This document shows positions 30,533 through 45,949 of a stretch of 64,000 bases of DNA, piece after piece. The position numbers and the translations under genes were made by a program. This DNA comes from the human T2T-CHM13v2.0 reference genome, Homo sapiens, in assembly GCF_009914755.1 (NCBI RefSeq), contig NC_060937.1; one strand, given 5' to 3'. Position 1 is the first letter of the stretch, and every line of letters begins with the position of its first letter. Below the pieces are notes generated by a model that worked only from the letters and a program-made list of their open reading frames with translations, did no database searches and had not been told where the DNA came from.

Positions 30533-31231
30533 TACAAAGACTTACCATTCTTTTCATATATATTCCTTTTCTCAGCAAACTAGGACCAATTTTATGGGGG
30601 AAGGTTGATTTTTCCAAGAGAAAATTATCTCCAAAAGGTGATAATTCAAGGAAATATTATGCGATTAATTTGTCAGTGAAATGGAAATATTGGAGAAACC
30701 AATACACATAGTGCCATGTACATAAAGCAATATCATATAATTAAAATAAAGAAAAATCAGATTGCCATTAATGGTTGAAAATTACAACACAGTTAAGCAA
30801 TAAAATCAGAACACACTGCTTATCATTGAAGCCTGATTAGAAGAGAAAATAGTGCATAACATATCATTGATAAAACTTTTTTTCCATAGATATAATTGTA
30901 AAAATGCTGGATGCCTATTTGTCTATTTCCAAGGGGAAAAAAAAACAAAAATTGTACTATTTTAAAGATAACATATAGTTTATAATAGGTAAACATTTAG
31001 TATGAAAATAATACTTTGATGCAAAATATAATGTAAGATATATCAATATTGTTAATTTAAAGCTACCAAGATCCTATTATGTACATTGCTTTATACTAGG
31101 TACTTTGGAAAATAAAAAAGAAAGGTAGTTGGTTCTTACTCTTAACAAAAACGTACTCTATCTGTCAGATAACTTCTATAAATTAAACACATTGTCATAG
31201 TTAATATGTGAGATGTATTTAACGCTTTAAT

Positions 31232-31683
31232 CAATCCTTCTTAAAGTGTGCATGGAGGCCCCCAAAGACTCTTTCAGGGATCCCTAAGGTCTTCCTTTTC
31301 TTAAGTTACATATTTGTGTAAGCCTGATCTTCAATTACCAAACCTCAACTGACATTTCACAACAGATTGCGTGCAAAAGCTGATATGATAATCTAGCTGT
31401 CTACAATCAGATGTGACATAAGAAACTTTTTAAAGTAAAACAACATTATTCTTCTGATTATTTTTTAGTCTGGAAAATATTTTTTATAAAAACATATTAG
31501 TGGAATACATTTATTATTGTTATTTAATAATCAATTAGTAAACCCACTGTTTTTAAACTGAAGTTTTAATTTCTAATGATGCATATTGTTACATACAATC
31601 TATGTAAGCAAAAGCTCTTTGAGTTTCTTAATCATTTTATAAGTGTAGAGGGGTCCTGGGACCAAAGTATTTCAGTGTCACTC
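31232..31683 (-). mobile_element. Charlie4a/MER80-like hAT element
   Basis: Reverse of 'ttttggtctcaggacccctttacactc..caaagagcttttg..ttagaaattaaaac'. Confidence 0.7.
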
Positions 31684-31714
31684 CTTTAAATAATTCTGTC
31701 TTTATTAAATGATT

Positions 31715-32427
<713 letters not shown>

Positions 32428-32467
32428 TAAGGTTAGGAAGGAAAACTATTTTCATCATAATTAATGA

Positions 32468-32779
<312 letters not shown>

Positions 32780-33618
32780 TAGGTTTATGTCCTCCTTTGT
32801 GTAATATAAAGCCATTGTCAACCTTTGCCATTTAGGTTGTCATACATATTGATATGGAATATATGTTTGAAAGCAGGAATTATTTAATTTCTGGTAAAAT
32901 GTATTTACTTTTATATCCAACCTCTGTCCAAGCATTACCTCATCACCTATGCCTTAATGCAGTAATTTTCATGTTGTTTTATTTTTATTTATTTTTTATC
33001 TTACATTTAGGGTTTTTTGGCAATGAATCTTCAGGAGTGGTCATTGTAGAATGAATAGACAATGGAAGGGCAAGAGGATCAATAGTTTCCAGACTCCCAT
33101 TTCTAATTCAACCAATGTTGCTCTTATTTATAGAATTCATACATTTAAATTTGGTGTAAAATTCCATTTGAAGGTGTGCCAGTGCTAAAAAGTCAATTAA
33201 TAAAACCACTTTCAACTTGATCAGAATTTTGTATATTTAATAAATACCTAATGTTGGTCTTTACTTCCTTAATCAACAATAGCAAGATGTCAAACCTACA
33301 AATGTAAAGTTTAATTCCATGTGATTTGATTCATGGAATAATGTATATTTATTTATTGCATATTTATTATTTTATGGCCTGAAAATAAAATGTCCTTATC
33401 ATTGTGATAAAAATATGCTCTTAAGTGATATATAATGTAAAATCAGAAAAAACCTTTCCTGATGTTTAAAACAAGTGAAATAAATCATTTCAGTGTTGAT
33501 AAATTTTCAGTCATTTGTTATTTTTGTAGATGGCAGTATCAGTAAAACAATGCCAAAAGTCAAAATTAAAGATATGAAAAAGTGACAATTCATTGAACCA
33601 AATTAAAATTAAACATAG

Positions 33619-33933
<315 letters not shown>

Positions 33934-34289
33934 CTAACTAAATTTAGACATGCCTAAAGCAATCGAAGATTTCAATATTTTCTTCATTCTTTTCTCTGCC
34001 ATCTTTGATGAAGGCATCTAAAACTTACTTTTGGACTTAAAAGTTTTATGGGAAAAAGGTTTTATGGGAATTTTGATCCATTTAGAAACTTGTGCAGTCA
34101 ATTAACTGGAAACATAATGAGCACAGGACCCCAGAGTAATGACTTTAAACATAGATAAAATGCATGTACAACTTCTAGTTATATTATTATAAAAATATCA
34201 CCAGTCATATAATAGCACTTGGTATTATGGAGAGTTCAACCAGCAGTGACCATACTAAGTAGAAGAACAACAAAAACTCAAAGACAAAG

Positions 34290-34827
34290 TGTTAGGGTCA
34301 CCACAACCAGACTGTTCCCCTTCCCTTCCCATGGGTCTTACAATGCAGTCCTTTGTGACCTCTGCACAGCTTCCCCAGGGCTAAAGACAAACCCCTCTTC
34401 ACTGACCCCTGTAGTAACTGTCCAGGCAGTTACAGGATGGGGTTAACATGTCTGTTCACCTGGCATAACAAAGCTGGCAAAAAACATCTCCAGGATGCAA
34501 TCAAGACACCTGCACCCCTGACTCAGCTCCCCCACCCTGACTCAGCCCTCCTGCACACTCAGCTCATCTCCCCCACCCCAACTCAGCCCTCTTGCACACT
34601 CAGCTCAGCTCCCCCACCTCGACTCAGCCCTTCTGCACACTCAGCTCAGCTCCCCACCCTGACTCAGTTCCTCACCCCATAAAGCCCTACAGTAGTCTGT
34701 AAGCGGGCCTGCCTCCTCTGCTTTTGTCAAGAGGTAGCACAGCAGGACTGACAATAAATCGGCTTGCCTGAACTTGGGTCTATTAGCCTCATTCCTTTCT
34801 CGGCTGTCCTTCCAATTATCCCTTACA
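34290..34827 (+). mobile_element. ERV solo LTR (family not assigned)
   Basis: TGTTAGGG...CCCTTACA termini, 4-bp TSD aaag, CATAAA box and AATAAA. Confidence 0.85.
34522..34667 (+). repeat. 41-bp tandem repeat, ~3.5 copies, within the LTR
   Basis: Units start at 34522, 34563, 34604 and 34645 (ctcagctcccccaccctgactcagccctcctgcacactcag). Confidence 0.95.
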
Positions 34828-35244
34828 AAAGGAAAAGTAAAATATTGCATTATGTAGGAAAATAAGACAAAGCCAAGTTAGGAGTGGTTCTTTACTTTGT
34901 GGTATATGTGGATCAAGTAGCTAATTCCTTGATGTAAAAACTTTGTTTTTTCATTCAAGACAAAATTTGTCAATCTTTATCTGATCCACTGTTTACTGTT
35001 CGAAGTCAATGCTTGATAATATAGCCATTTATTTCTAGTTATCAGCAACAGAAAATCAAACACCATAAAACAAAATAAAACAGAGCAACTGGAATGCTGC
35101 AAGTCCCCAGAGTTGGAACATCTGATCATTGCACACCAAGTGAGCAGCAAACATGTGGCCAGGCTGGCTGACATGAAGTGAGTTCTGTCAGGCTCACCAA
35201 GTCATGACAAAGTTGGGTGGGTCTGCAGCAATTGTCATTAAAAA

Positions 35245-35630
35245 GAGTGAGCAAATATGGCATATAAATATAGGAAAAATATTCAGCCATAATACTAATT
35301 AAACAAATGCAATTTAAAGGCATGTTGCAATAACATTATATCCTTTCAGATGATTGAAATTCACAATAATAATACCAAGTATTAGCATGGCTATGAACAA
35401 GTAGGCAATCTGAATACACTGTTGTTGATTATTTAAATTTGTAATAATTTCTGAAGGATATCTGACAGTTCGTATTAAAATAGAGACAAAACTACAGTTT
35501 CACTTCTTGGATTGTACACTAAAGAAATTCTGAAAAGATGGCTCAAATACATAAGTACAAAAATGTTCATTGTGGCACCTATTGAATAGGAAAATATCAT
35601 ATACAACTTCAAGTTCAAAAAAAGGGTTAG
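35245..35630 (+). mobile_element. Old L1M ORF2 3' fragment
   Basis: 'aaatgcaatttaaa..taataccaagtattagcatggctatgaacaa..aaaatgttcattgtggcac'. Confidence 0.6.
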
Positions 35631-35719
35631 AATTTAGAACGTTTAATTTGTTTCTGCTTTTAGCATAAATATTCTTCCTAAGTGTCCTAAGATTATCTGT
35701 ATTACTTCAGCAATTGTCT

Positions 35720-36560
35720 TCTCTTTACTTCCCATTCACCATTCAACCCACTCTAAAATGAGTTCTGGTTTCACAACAATTTCCCCAAAGCAGTCCCACC
35801 AATGTCTCCATTGATAACTATTATTTGTCATTTACAGCATTATACCAGCATGACTTATATATTTTCACCCCTACTTTTCTCTCTAGTCTCATCTCAGGCA
35901 TCATAAAGAGCCTTATTGCAGTCTGACCCTTCTTTCCACTGTCCACTTCAGTTATGTTTTTAAGTCTCTTTTACATCCATGGATGCTTGTGTTTAAATTT
36001 GACTTACATGGCTCCAACATTCCTAAAATTTTCCCAGTTTCTCACTGGGCTTTAGATAAAGAACGAGATCCTTAAACTGACTGGCCAGGCGCTACACACT
36101 GTGGCCCTTCAGCATCGCCAGTTTCATCCACTTGCTCTCCTTCTCTCTCCCACACTGGCCTTCCTTCATTTCTTGGAAGATGACTTGTGCATCAATATGG
36201 GGTTCTGGCTCATGCTAGTTTCTTCTTGAGCAGGTTTATCTTAGTACATCCACTTGTCTAATTAAGTCATACTTGACTTGAGGTAGTAGTTAAATTCTAA
36301 TATATGTTGGACACCTTCCCTAATCCTCTAAACTGGGTCATTTTTCTCAGTTATATTTTTAGTAGAATCATGTTTCCTACTGCCCTATGCCACATGTTGT
36401 GTAGAAAGTAGCTCAGTTGATCATTATACAAGAAGTCATGCCATCATTTGATTAACATCTATCTAAAGTATGTATTTAAATCTTTGTCTAAATTTCATTT
36501 TTTTTGTATTATTTGATTAACATCTACATGAACTGTAATCCTCATGAGAGTTGATGTTTT
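35720..36560 (+). mobile_element. L2 fragments
   Basis: 'ttcaacccactctaaaatgagttct', 'ttagataaagaacgagatccttaaactg', 'actggccttcctt'. Confidence 0.55.
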
Positions 36561-36571
36561 GTTTTATTATT

Positions 36572-36704
36572 CTTTTTTTGTATTTGTAGATATGGGGTTT
36601 TACCATGTTGCCCAGACTGGTCTGGAACTGGAACTCCTAAACAATCTGTCTGCCTTGACCTCACAAAGAGCTGGGATTACTGGCATGAGTCACTGCCTGC
36701 CACC
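36572..36704 (-). mobile_element. Alu left monomer/FLAM
   Basis: ggggttttaccatgttgcccagactgg...gctgggattactggcatgagtcactg. Confidence 0.85.
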
Positions 36705-36797
36705 AAATGCTTTTTTTTTTTTTCAGTATTTTGTTTCTTGGTGCCACACACATAGTAGGGGCTCCAAAATTATTTTTGATCACCTCTGATATCATTA

Positions 36798-37340
36798 AGA
36801 GGTATGAACTTATTCCCACCGAGCATGAGACCAGCAGAACTTGTTTTCTGGTCACAACTGTGCTGACCAAAACAGTGTCTGGTCCAGAGGATGAAGTAAA
36901 GAAATTGGCAGCTACCAGCGGGTGATGTGGAAAGCAATCCCTAGCTCCCCTTATTGCTCATTAGCATAGGACACTCCCAACAACACCATCACAGTTTACA
37001 AATGCCATGGCAATGACCCAGAAGTTACCACTCCTTTCCATGGCATTGACCCAGAAGTTACCAACCCTTTCCTAGCAAGCTCTAGATAACCCACCCTTCT
37101 ATTTGCACTGACGGACTCCTTAATTTGCATGTAATTGAAAGTGGCTTTATGTGAGTAGAAAAGCAATTGCCCAAAGCCCAGTGGTTGACCCACTCCGGGT
37201 GCATGGCCTATGAGTTAGCCCTGCTTCTCAAGGGAGCAGTACAGTGCAATAAAAGATTGCTGTCTAATACCAGTGGCTCATCCTTGAATTATTTTTTGGA
37301 CTAAGCCCCAATTCTCAGGCTCCTCTGTTTTGTGACATCA
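36798..37340 (+). mobile_element. MER66-like ERV1 LTR
   Basis: 'acttgttttctggtcacaac', 'cagtttacaaatgccatggcaatgacccagaagttacc' with the latter part repeated twice, AATAAA, ends CATCA. Confidence 0.75.
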
Positions 37341-40246
37341 CAAGCTAATTGCAGTTAACTACTCAAAATGCTTTCTTTTGGTAAATTGGAAATATGCTCA
37401 ATTATAGATATAGGGATTGTTGTAATTTGTTGTCACAATTATAGCTTGTGCATTAGAAAAAAGCCTAAAGACTGATAAAAGTATTGATAATTCTGTGGTT
37501 TTCCTCCAATTTTCTAAGTCCTAACCAAACCTAGGTTAGTTATGTTGGAATCTAGTTTCAACTTAAAGCCATTTCTTGACTAAGAAGAAATAAACTTTAC
37601 CAAACATTGATAGTACTATACCATACCAATGTTATTAAGATTTCCTAAAGGAATAAGAAGCTAATAATTTTAAATATATACTCTAAATGCTCACTAGTGT
37701 CAGTGTGTGCATGTGTGTGTAAAAGAGCATGTGCATACATTTTACTTCATCTAATTTCTTTTTGTCTTAACATTGCTCTCTGGAATAAGAACTATTTACA
37801 AAAGTCATTCATTTCCTCCTCTTTTTTGCTGTTATTGTTGTTATATTTCACTTCCAAGATACAATTAAGCCATCTATATAAGCAGGAAAAAACATGTCAG
37901 GGCTATAAAGAAGTCCTTAAAAAGAGTGATACAAGCAGAAAACTGATTTGTTTTCATGAGTTTTAAATAGTTGAAGGATATGATAAAAGTGCAGACTTGA
38001 TAATTTAAAAGTATGTTCCCATTAACAGCCTTAGCTTTTATCAGAGCTTTAGTGCTTAGGGCTTGCTTTGATTTTCTGAATTTTAACAAGCATAAATTAT
38101 ATTTCCATTTGATCACTATCATGGACACTAGGTTTTTAAAACAAGTCTTTGTGGACATCATCATTTTCAGAAATTTTGTATCTGCTGTTGTGTAAAACCG
38201 ATTATGTGATCTACAATCTCCACATGCGATTCTTGATTGTTACTCAACGTGTCAGAAATATTTAATGAAACCTTTTAGAAATAGCAAACCACATATGTAA
38301 GGAGAATCTGAACATGTTTAGCACTTGTAACATCTGAATGTTTATGGATGTAAAAAAATTATCCCCTAGGAAATACGTTGCTTAGATAGGGAGGTTTTAA
38401 CTTCAGCAAGTAGACTTTATAAACAGATGGGATCACAGTCATTTCTATTTCAGGACACCATGTCATTCTGTATGTGCCACCATGCTACAGCAGTTTCTTC
38501 CCACCAGCCTAGTCACGTCAGTCATTCACCTTCTGGTACTTCAGGGTTTCATTAGCTCATAGCTGCCTGACCTTGTGATGGGTGCAAGTCGACAGGTAGT
38601 TCATAACCCTTTGCTGTCAGAATTAGCATTCATGATACTACTTAAACTGTGCTGCCAATTTAGAGTTCGTTATTAAATGGGGCATATGTTACTACACTTA
38701 TAACTGATTTGATCTATTTATTTTTAGTTTGACCTTTTTTTTATTCATCAAATCAGTTTTGAAATAGACATTGAAGTACCCTTCATTATAAAAATTTCTG
38801 TGGCTGATATTTTATATGGAGTTTTCCAGATTCTGAGTTGTTCCATGATAAATGTTAGATTTCAATGTTAGTTTAAACAAAAGTGAAGTAAGCATGGGTC
38901 CCCAGGATATTGACGAACGCTTTTTTTCAACCCTGCAACAGCTTTACACTCCAAGTATAACTGAATTTGAAAGCATACACCTTCCTTTCAGTATCAAAAG
39001 TGACAAAAGTAGAACTAGGAAAAACAATGTATATTATGAATTATTTTACATCGTTAATTCTTTTCTGACTCTCTCTACCCTTCCCGCATTAATCTAGCAT
39101 TGAAAAATATCGAACCCAAAAATATAGATAATATTCAATACAAAGTACTATATTTTTTCTTAAAAATAGCTGAAACACATTTTACTATTTCAATTAGAAA
39201 TTTCAAAAGCACGATTCTTAGAAATATGATTGAAGAAAGAAAACAGTACTGAAAGAACATTGTTTCATAGAGAGTGAAGTCTAAGAACAATAGGAATAAA
39301 GGCAAAAGCAGTAGATGCAAATCTTAAAGGGTACTTTTGGTCTTCTCTTACTCAGCAAAATTCATTGCTGGTGCTATGGGGAAGTGTAGAATTTTGTAAT
39401 GATTCCTTACTTTACAAATTGTATAGATTTATACATGTGAAATGACAGATGATGTGTGATAGAAGTTTCATGCATCTAATTATCTTATTACTTCTTTTCT
39501 TCATTTACTATTATTTTACAGCAATTTTAATATAATAATGTGGATACTATGCCATATTCATTAACAAATGAACCCAAGGATGATGTTTGTAGCATAGGGA
39601 AATTCAAAATGAAAGGTTTTTTTTTAGATGCTGTAGGTTAATTTTTTAAGAAATAAGCAATAGAGAGTACTTTAAAAGGTAGCTTTTCCTGCAACATCAT
39701 AATGACCCTATGTCAATGTGGGCTTATTGAAGTCAGATCATAATACAAATGTTACTATATATAAAAGGTCAATGGCATGCCTTTTCTGTTTTCTTTACCT
39801 GCAAAGTCGCCAGTCAGTGACATATTGTCTGATTTCAAATGTGCAAGATTTCCTTGAATTTCTGATAATGTATTGGCCATTAGGTTGGCTACATATATAG
39901 AAGAAGAATTTATCAATTCCAAGCATGACATTGAAGGGATAACTTGAATTCAGAATTTTACTTTTGCTGATTTTCTCTTTTAACTATTTTTGTGGGCCTG
40001 ATTAAATCTTTAAAATCTCTATTATTCTTCTAACTGTTTACAAGAAATTGACAATTTTTGGTATTTTGTCACACCAGATCTTGGAGCATCTGTAACACTG
40101 GAGTATCTTTAAATGAAGGAATCAATAATTATAATACCAAAACTGCAACTGGATTGGTAACTAGATTCCATAAGTTATCATACATACAGTGAGCTGGTCT
40201 TGCCATATATAGCTGTAAGTGTAAAAATTAACTGGATGCTTTAAAA

Positions 40247-40440
40247 CATTAGTCTCCAACCTTTCGGCTTCCCTTGGCCACATTGGAAGAAGAAGAATTG
40301 TCCTGGGCCACACATAAAATACACTAACGTAACGATAGCTGATGAGTTTAAAAAAAAAAAGTCCATGCATCATTTTCATGATATCCACCACCACAAATAA
40401 GCAAAAAAAGTCCTCAAGTTTAAAGGGCTGGAAACAGCTG
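40247..40440 (+). mobile_element. MER30B (hAT-Charlie)
   Basis: 'ggccacattggaagaagaagaattgtc..gatagctgatgag'; perfect 8-bp TSD ctttaaaa. Confidence 0.92.
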
Positions 40441-41235
40441 CTTTAAAAGTTACTGAGATACGAAAAAGTATCAGCAAAACAATTAAATAGTAATAACTAA
40501 GCTGCTCCTTTGAACTTGATTTGAGAGGGTTAAAGGATAATCATATAAATGATTTCAACACTTTCGCTTTTAAGGGCATTTATATTTTTTCCACTGGTCA
40601 GTTCTCCGTCCTCTCCTTGCAGGGTTTACTGTCTGATATTTCTTTCTGTATTATTATTCCTCTTCATTTATAATGCAAGCTTCCATAGACTCACAAAAAC
40701 TAAAATCTAATGGGCACAGGTCCACTCCTCAGAACGCTGCACATTTGCAATTCCTGTATTTACTTACCCTTTTGGGAAGCCTATGTTCACTCCAGGCTCT
40801 TAGTTCCTTTCACATCCATCTGAACAACAACTACAAAATGATGTTTTGATATACCACAAGAATTTAAGAGAGTGCCCTGAGAATCGGGCTACCTTTATCT
40901 TAGCCCTTTTACTCTAACTTTGGGAGAGATTCAAAAGCAAAGCCTTTGGTTTCACTTAGATACAATGTTGGCAAAAATAGAGTAAATCAAGTACTAAGAA
41001 GGGTAAAGTGCATCATATAATTGTCATACTGGAATCTAATGTCATACTTTCAGAGATTATTATTTAAGGAACTAATGTTTTAGTAATTTCACCAGGAGCA
41101 GAAATATTTCTAAGCTGTTATTAAACTTACCTGTGCCTTATCTCCACTTCTAGCTCATGATGACATTACAGAAATATGCTTCCTGCATATGTATAAATAC
41201 AGTAAAAACACTTCATGCCAAAATTACATACATAT

Positions 41236-41254
41236 ACACACACACACACACACA
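41236..41254. repeat. (CA)n microsatellite
   Basis: About 9 AC units. Confidence 0.85.
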
Positions 41255-41552
41255 TATATACACATTTTTTACTCTTCCAAACATTTTTGTTTCTGCCATC
41301 AATTAGAAATTTTGTTCTGAATCCCATTATCTTTGATTCTTTCTCTCAGTTCATCCAATTTCAGTCATCAAAATGTTAAATCTAGGAGACTACCTTTTTA
41401 AAAATTGTTTTTAACATTGTATTATTATAAAATAAGACAAATTTTAGATATAAAATAAACAAAACTTAAAAGTGGCTAAATTTGCACATGTACAATGATT
41501 ATTCTAGCTTGCACGACCAAAAGGACAATAATAATTAAATATATAGATATAT

Positions 41553-41839
41553 ATTTTAAATAGAGATAGAGTCTTGCTCTGTTGTCCAGGCTGGAGTGCA
41601 GTGGCACAATCATAGCTTGCTGCAGCCTTGAAATCCTAAGTTCAAGCAATCCTCCTGCTTCAGCCTCTTAAGCAGTTGGGACTACAGGTGTGCACCGCCA
41701 CACCAGGCTAATATTTAAAGTTTTTTTGTACAGACTACTATGTTACCCAGGCTGGTCTCAAACTCCCAGTCTGAGGTGACCCTCTCACCTCAGCCTCCCA
41801 AAGTGCTGGGATTATGGGGATGAGCCACTGCACCCAGCC
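41553..41839 (-). mobile_element. AluJ
   Basis: J-type 'catagcttgctgcagccttga..caagcaatcctcctg'. Confidence 0.93.
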
Positions 41840-42029
41840 AGTAATAATATTAATAAAACTGCTTATGCCTTTCTAATTCCCTTTTTCTCAATGTGTCTTC
41901 TTTTGTGTAGAGCAAGTTGATGTCCTTTAAAAAAATGCAGCATAATTAGTCTGTATATTTGTTGTAGAAAATGAATACCTTTAAATAAAAATATAGAAGG
42001 GGTTTTGATGAAGGGAACAATGTTGAATG

Positions 42030-42180
42030 ATGTATATTTTAAACCATGGCCAAGTTACAACAGTTATGACTACCTCTCCCAAATTAAAAATGGATAATAT
42101 TTTAATATTTAACAATAAGTTAATGGGCTTTTATGAGGCTTAAATGAGATAAAAATGCTGCATCCGATATAAAATTTGTG
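42030..42180 (+). mobile_element. MIR fragment
   Basis: 'ttttatgaggcttaaatgagataa'. Confidence 0.45.
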
Positions 42181-42338
42181 TTTCTCTCTTTTCTTTCCAT
42201 AAGTGAATATCTAATTTGTAAATGTGAAACTTGGGAAATGGTTGTTTATATAAAATGCATAATAAGTATTGCCTGTTTTCATTTCAGATCATACTGTCTT
42301 CGCATAGGTAAAAGATGATAAAAATGATTAGTATTTCA

Positions 42339-42671
<333 letters not shown>

Positions 42672-43471
42672 CTATATAAAACTACCTCGGTGGAAAATAA
42701 AATTTTCACTTCACATATAGGACATTGGGCATTTATTTTGTTTGTTTTCTTATATATTGTTTATGTGTGGTGTTCCATTTGGATTCCCATTTATATGATG
42801 TGGTAGTAAATAAATATTTATGAATATCAACACATCATTAATTCTAATATCTGCAAAAGAAAAAACTTCTTAATCAAATTCTCTATGTTAAAAATGGGTC
42901 ATTACTTAATTTAAAAGGAAATAATCCCAGACTCTGATTCTTAAGATATCCTTTCATTTACACAGATTTTGTTAAGTTCAGGGTTTTATGAGTCAAACGC
43001 AAGCTGTACATGAAGTTGTAATTACGTCTATGAATCTGTCTACAATGTCAGTAAGTCTAATAATTATAGTCTCACATTATTATTATATAATTATTGATGT
43101 GTTTTAAAATAATAGTAAATATTATTAATAATGCTAAACAACAATATAATGGAGTTGTAATGCAGCCTTTTGCCAATCTGAAACAAACTAAAAAATGCTA
43201 AGGATTTTGGAATTTGAAGAGCCTGAATCCCTGAAGGCATAATTAGATGACTAGACTCTTCCACGAATTCCTGCTCCCAAGCTGCTTGTCTTGTCAGCAA
43301 ACACACAGGCACCTCTGTGATCCCTGTTGCAAACTGTACTTCCCTTTGGTATCTCATGTTCCAAAAGTATTTACTTATACTCTGGTTTCTCTTCAGGTCA
43401 TATAAATCTTCTGCCTTTTTCCAAACGTATTTACATCTTTCAGTCAAAATTTATTTTTCTGAATTAAAGCT

Positions 43472-43910
43472 GTATATTATTTAGCTATTGTCAAAAAAGC
43501 ACCTTAAATTCAATTACTTAAGAAAACACGCACACATATCATTTATTCTTACCCATCTGCAGATTGGTAGGCAGTTGGCTGATCTAGCTTAGCTAGTCTG
43601 GGCAGCTCTGCTGATCTCAGCTAAATTCTACTTTTGCCACTGTGGGTTGGCTCATCCAGCTCATCCAGGATGTCCTTAAATGGATTGTCCATGTTCTTTC
43701 CATGGAGTTAATACAGACTGAAAAAAGAGCAAGACCAGTTGTACAAGCACAGTTCAAATATCCCCTTGTGTCTACTTAGGTCTATAAGTATACCATTTGT
43801 GTCCAAGAAAATCATAAAGCTTAATCCATCATCAAAGAAGTGAAAAAGTTTCATCTCCTATGAAACTGAGGGAAAATTGGACATTTTTAAATAATAATCT
43901 AATACTTCTT
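43472..43910 (-). mobile_element. MLT1 (H/I-like) LTR
   Basis: 'tagctattg..catttattctta..tctgggcagctctgctgatctcagc..tacaagcacagttcaa'. Confidence 0.6.
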
Positions 43911-44135
43911 AGTCTTCACATTAATCTGAGAACTGGGTAAATTTGTAACTTGTATGCATTAGAAAGAACCTTAGAGCGCTATGTATTTCCAATAAGACCT
44001 CTGCTGAAAATTCCATAAATCTAAGAGCAATTAGTGCACAAGAACCCTCTGCCACTCACTCTATTTCTCCAGTAGTTCATTGTCTTACTATTATAGTCTG
44101 ATTGAAACCACAAGGATCAATTTTGTTGTGCCCTT

Positions 44136-44607
44136 TTTTGGGACAGTCTCCATGGATCTCTTGCATTTCGGCATGTCTTGTGAGTAGAGGCACTGAAAAT
44201 ATTTGTTGTAGACTATCTTTCTGATGCTTCTACAGCAAACGGCCTTGGAAGACAGATACCATATTACCTTCTGAATCAGAGGGCAGACTCATTTATTATC
44301 TAGTAAAATGTCTTTTCCAAGTCAAATTCGATGCAGGTTAACTTGTTGCCAAATATAAATGATTTGATTTCCTTAATATTGGTGTTTCTTATTTATGATG
44401 CAAACACTGCATGCACAGTTTCTACTTGGATCAAGAAAAACCAATGTGAATATGAAGTGCATGCTGCTTGCTGTACTTTGAGTTAAAAAGTTCTTTATTT
44501 CTGATGCAGGAATCTAATGTCTTCTGCCAGCATTCAGAAAACAGTGACAGGCTAACTTGTTTGCTTGGAATAAGAGTAGAATTTCAGAGTCTTCTCAGTT
44601 CATGAGA
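44136..44607 (+). mobile_element. LTR40-like ERVL LTR
   Basis: 'ctccatggatctcttgcatttc..cttgtgagtagaggcactga'; end 'caggctaacttgtt..tctcagttcatgaga'. Confidence 0.75.
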
Positions 44608-45123
44608 CCATTTATTTTGGTTTGTATCAACTACCAAGGTAAAACAGGACTCACAGGTTAATCTGGATCCTCACACTTTTTAAGCTCTGTACATCTATCC
44701 CCTTTTCTGATCCATTCCCTCATGCCTTTTCAGTTCTTGAAACACTTCTACCTCAGCCTTTGAAACACTCTTAATCACTAGCAAAATTCATTATATTCTC
44801 AATCCCTTCTCTGAATGTTCTTTTTACTTTCTTGCTCTGACTGCTATCTCTACTTTGAGGACACTGAATCTCTCCAGGAGTAAACGATTTTCTTTTTCTT
44901 TCTCCCACAGCTTGGAATTAGAAGTACGATAAAGTACCCTTTGCTCATTGTTGCTTCCATACCAGTCTCCTTTCCTTCTCCCTGCCCCACCCCAACCAAA
45001 AAAAGTAAAAAATAACAAAACAAACAAACAAACAAACAAAAAAAGCACGCAGCCTTGAATCTTATGTTACAAGAAAAAAACCCTCACTTGTTACCCTCCT
45101 TTTTAAAACCACCTTAGCTATCA

Positions 45124-45833
45124 TTTTTAAGCAATTTAATTAAGGTATAATTATCTTACTATAAAACTCATCCATTTTAAGTGTATAATTATATAGTTTT
45201 GGAAATTATTTAGTAAATTTGATGCATTGTGCAACCAGTAAGATTTCTCATGCTTGTTGACAACTGATCTTCTTTCCCATGCCAGACTCAATCAACCACT
45301 AATCTATTTTTTGTCTCTATAAATTTGATTTTATGAACACTTTCTATAAATGGAATGATAAAACACATGATCTTTTCTGTCAGTCTTCTTACAATTAGCA
45401 TAGTGTTCATCAGGTTTACACATGTCAGAGCATATATCAGTATTTCATTCCTTTTCACAAATGTATAATATTTCACTGTAGTGATGTAGCAACTTTCTTG
45501 ATCCACTAACCAATTGTTGGTTATTTGGATTTTTTAAATATATTGGTTATTTTGAATAATTTTATTATCTCCACTTGCTTCCAAGACTTTATTTGGACAT
45601 ATGTTTTTATTTCTCTGAAGTATAAACCTAGGAAATTTCTTGATAATTGAGTAAATTTGTTTAATATTTTTAAAAATTGTCAAACTGTTTTGCATTGTGG
45701 AAATTGCAAATTTCCCATTTACACAAGCAAGGCATGAGAGTTTCATTTCTTCACATCAACATCAACAGTATTTGTCTTTTTTAATATAGCCATTCTAGTG
45801 AGTGTGAAATGATATCTCATAGTGGTTTTAGTT
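45124..45833 (-). mobile_element. L1MB/MC-type 3' end
   Basis: Reverse L1M 3'UTR 'ttaaggtataatt..cattttaagtgtataatt' through 'agccattctagtgagtgtgaaatgatatctcat'. Confidence 0.85.
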
Positions 45834-45949
45834 ACCTCTCTTTTTGCAGTCAATCTCTGGTCCAGCTCAATTTCTCTCAATGTTTGTCGATTTCATTTCC
45901 TTGCATTTTAATTTTCATGCATTTTAATTTTAGTAAAAACTCTTTCTGT

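Noticed and set aside
34522-34667. CRISPR-like repeat array
   Set aside because: The units are contiguous with no unique spacers and lie inside a primate LTR; there are no cas genes
37005-37130. 33-bp tandem repeat and octamer ATTTGCAT in the MER66-like LTR
   Set aside because: As far as I recall the repeat is a family feature, and a single octamer is not evidence of function
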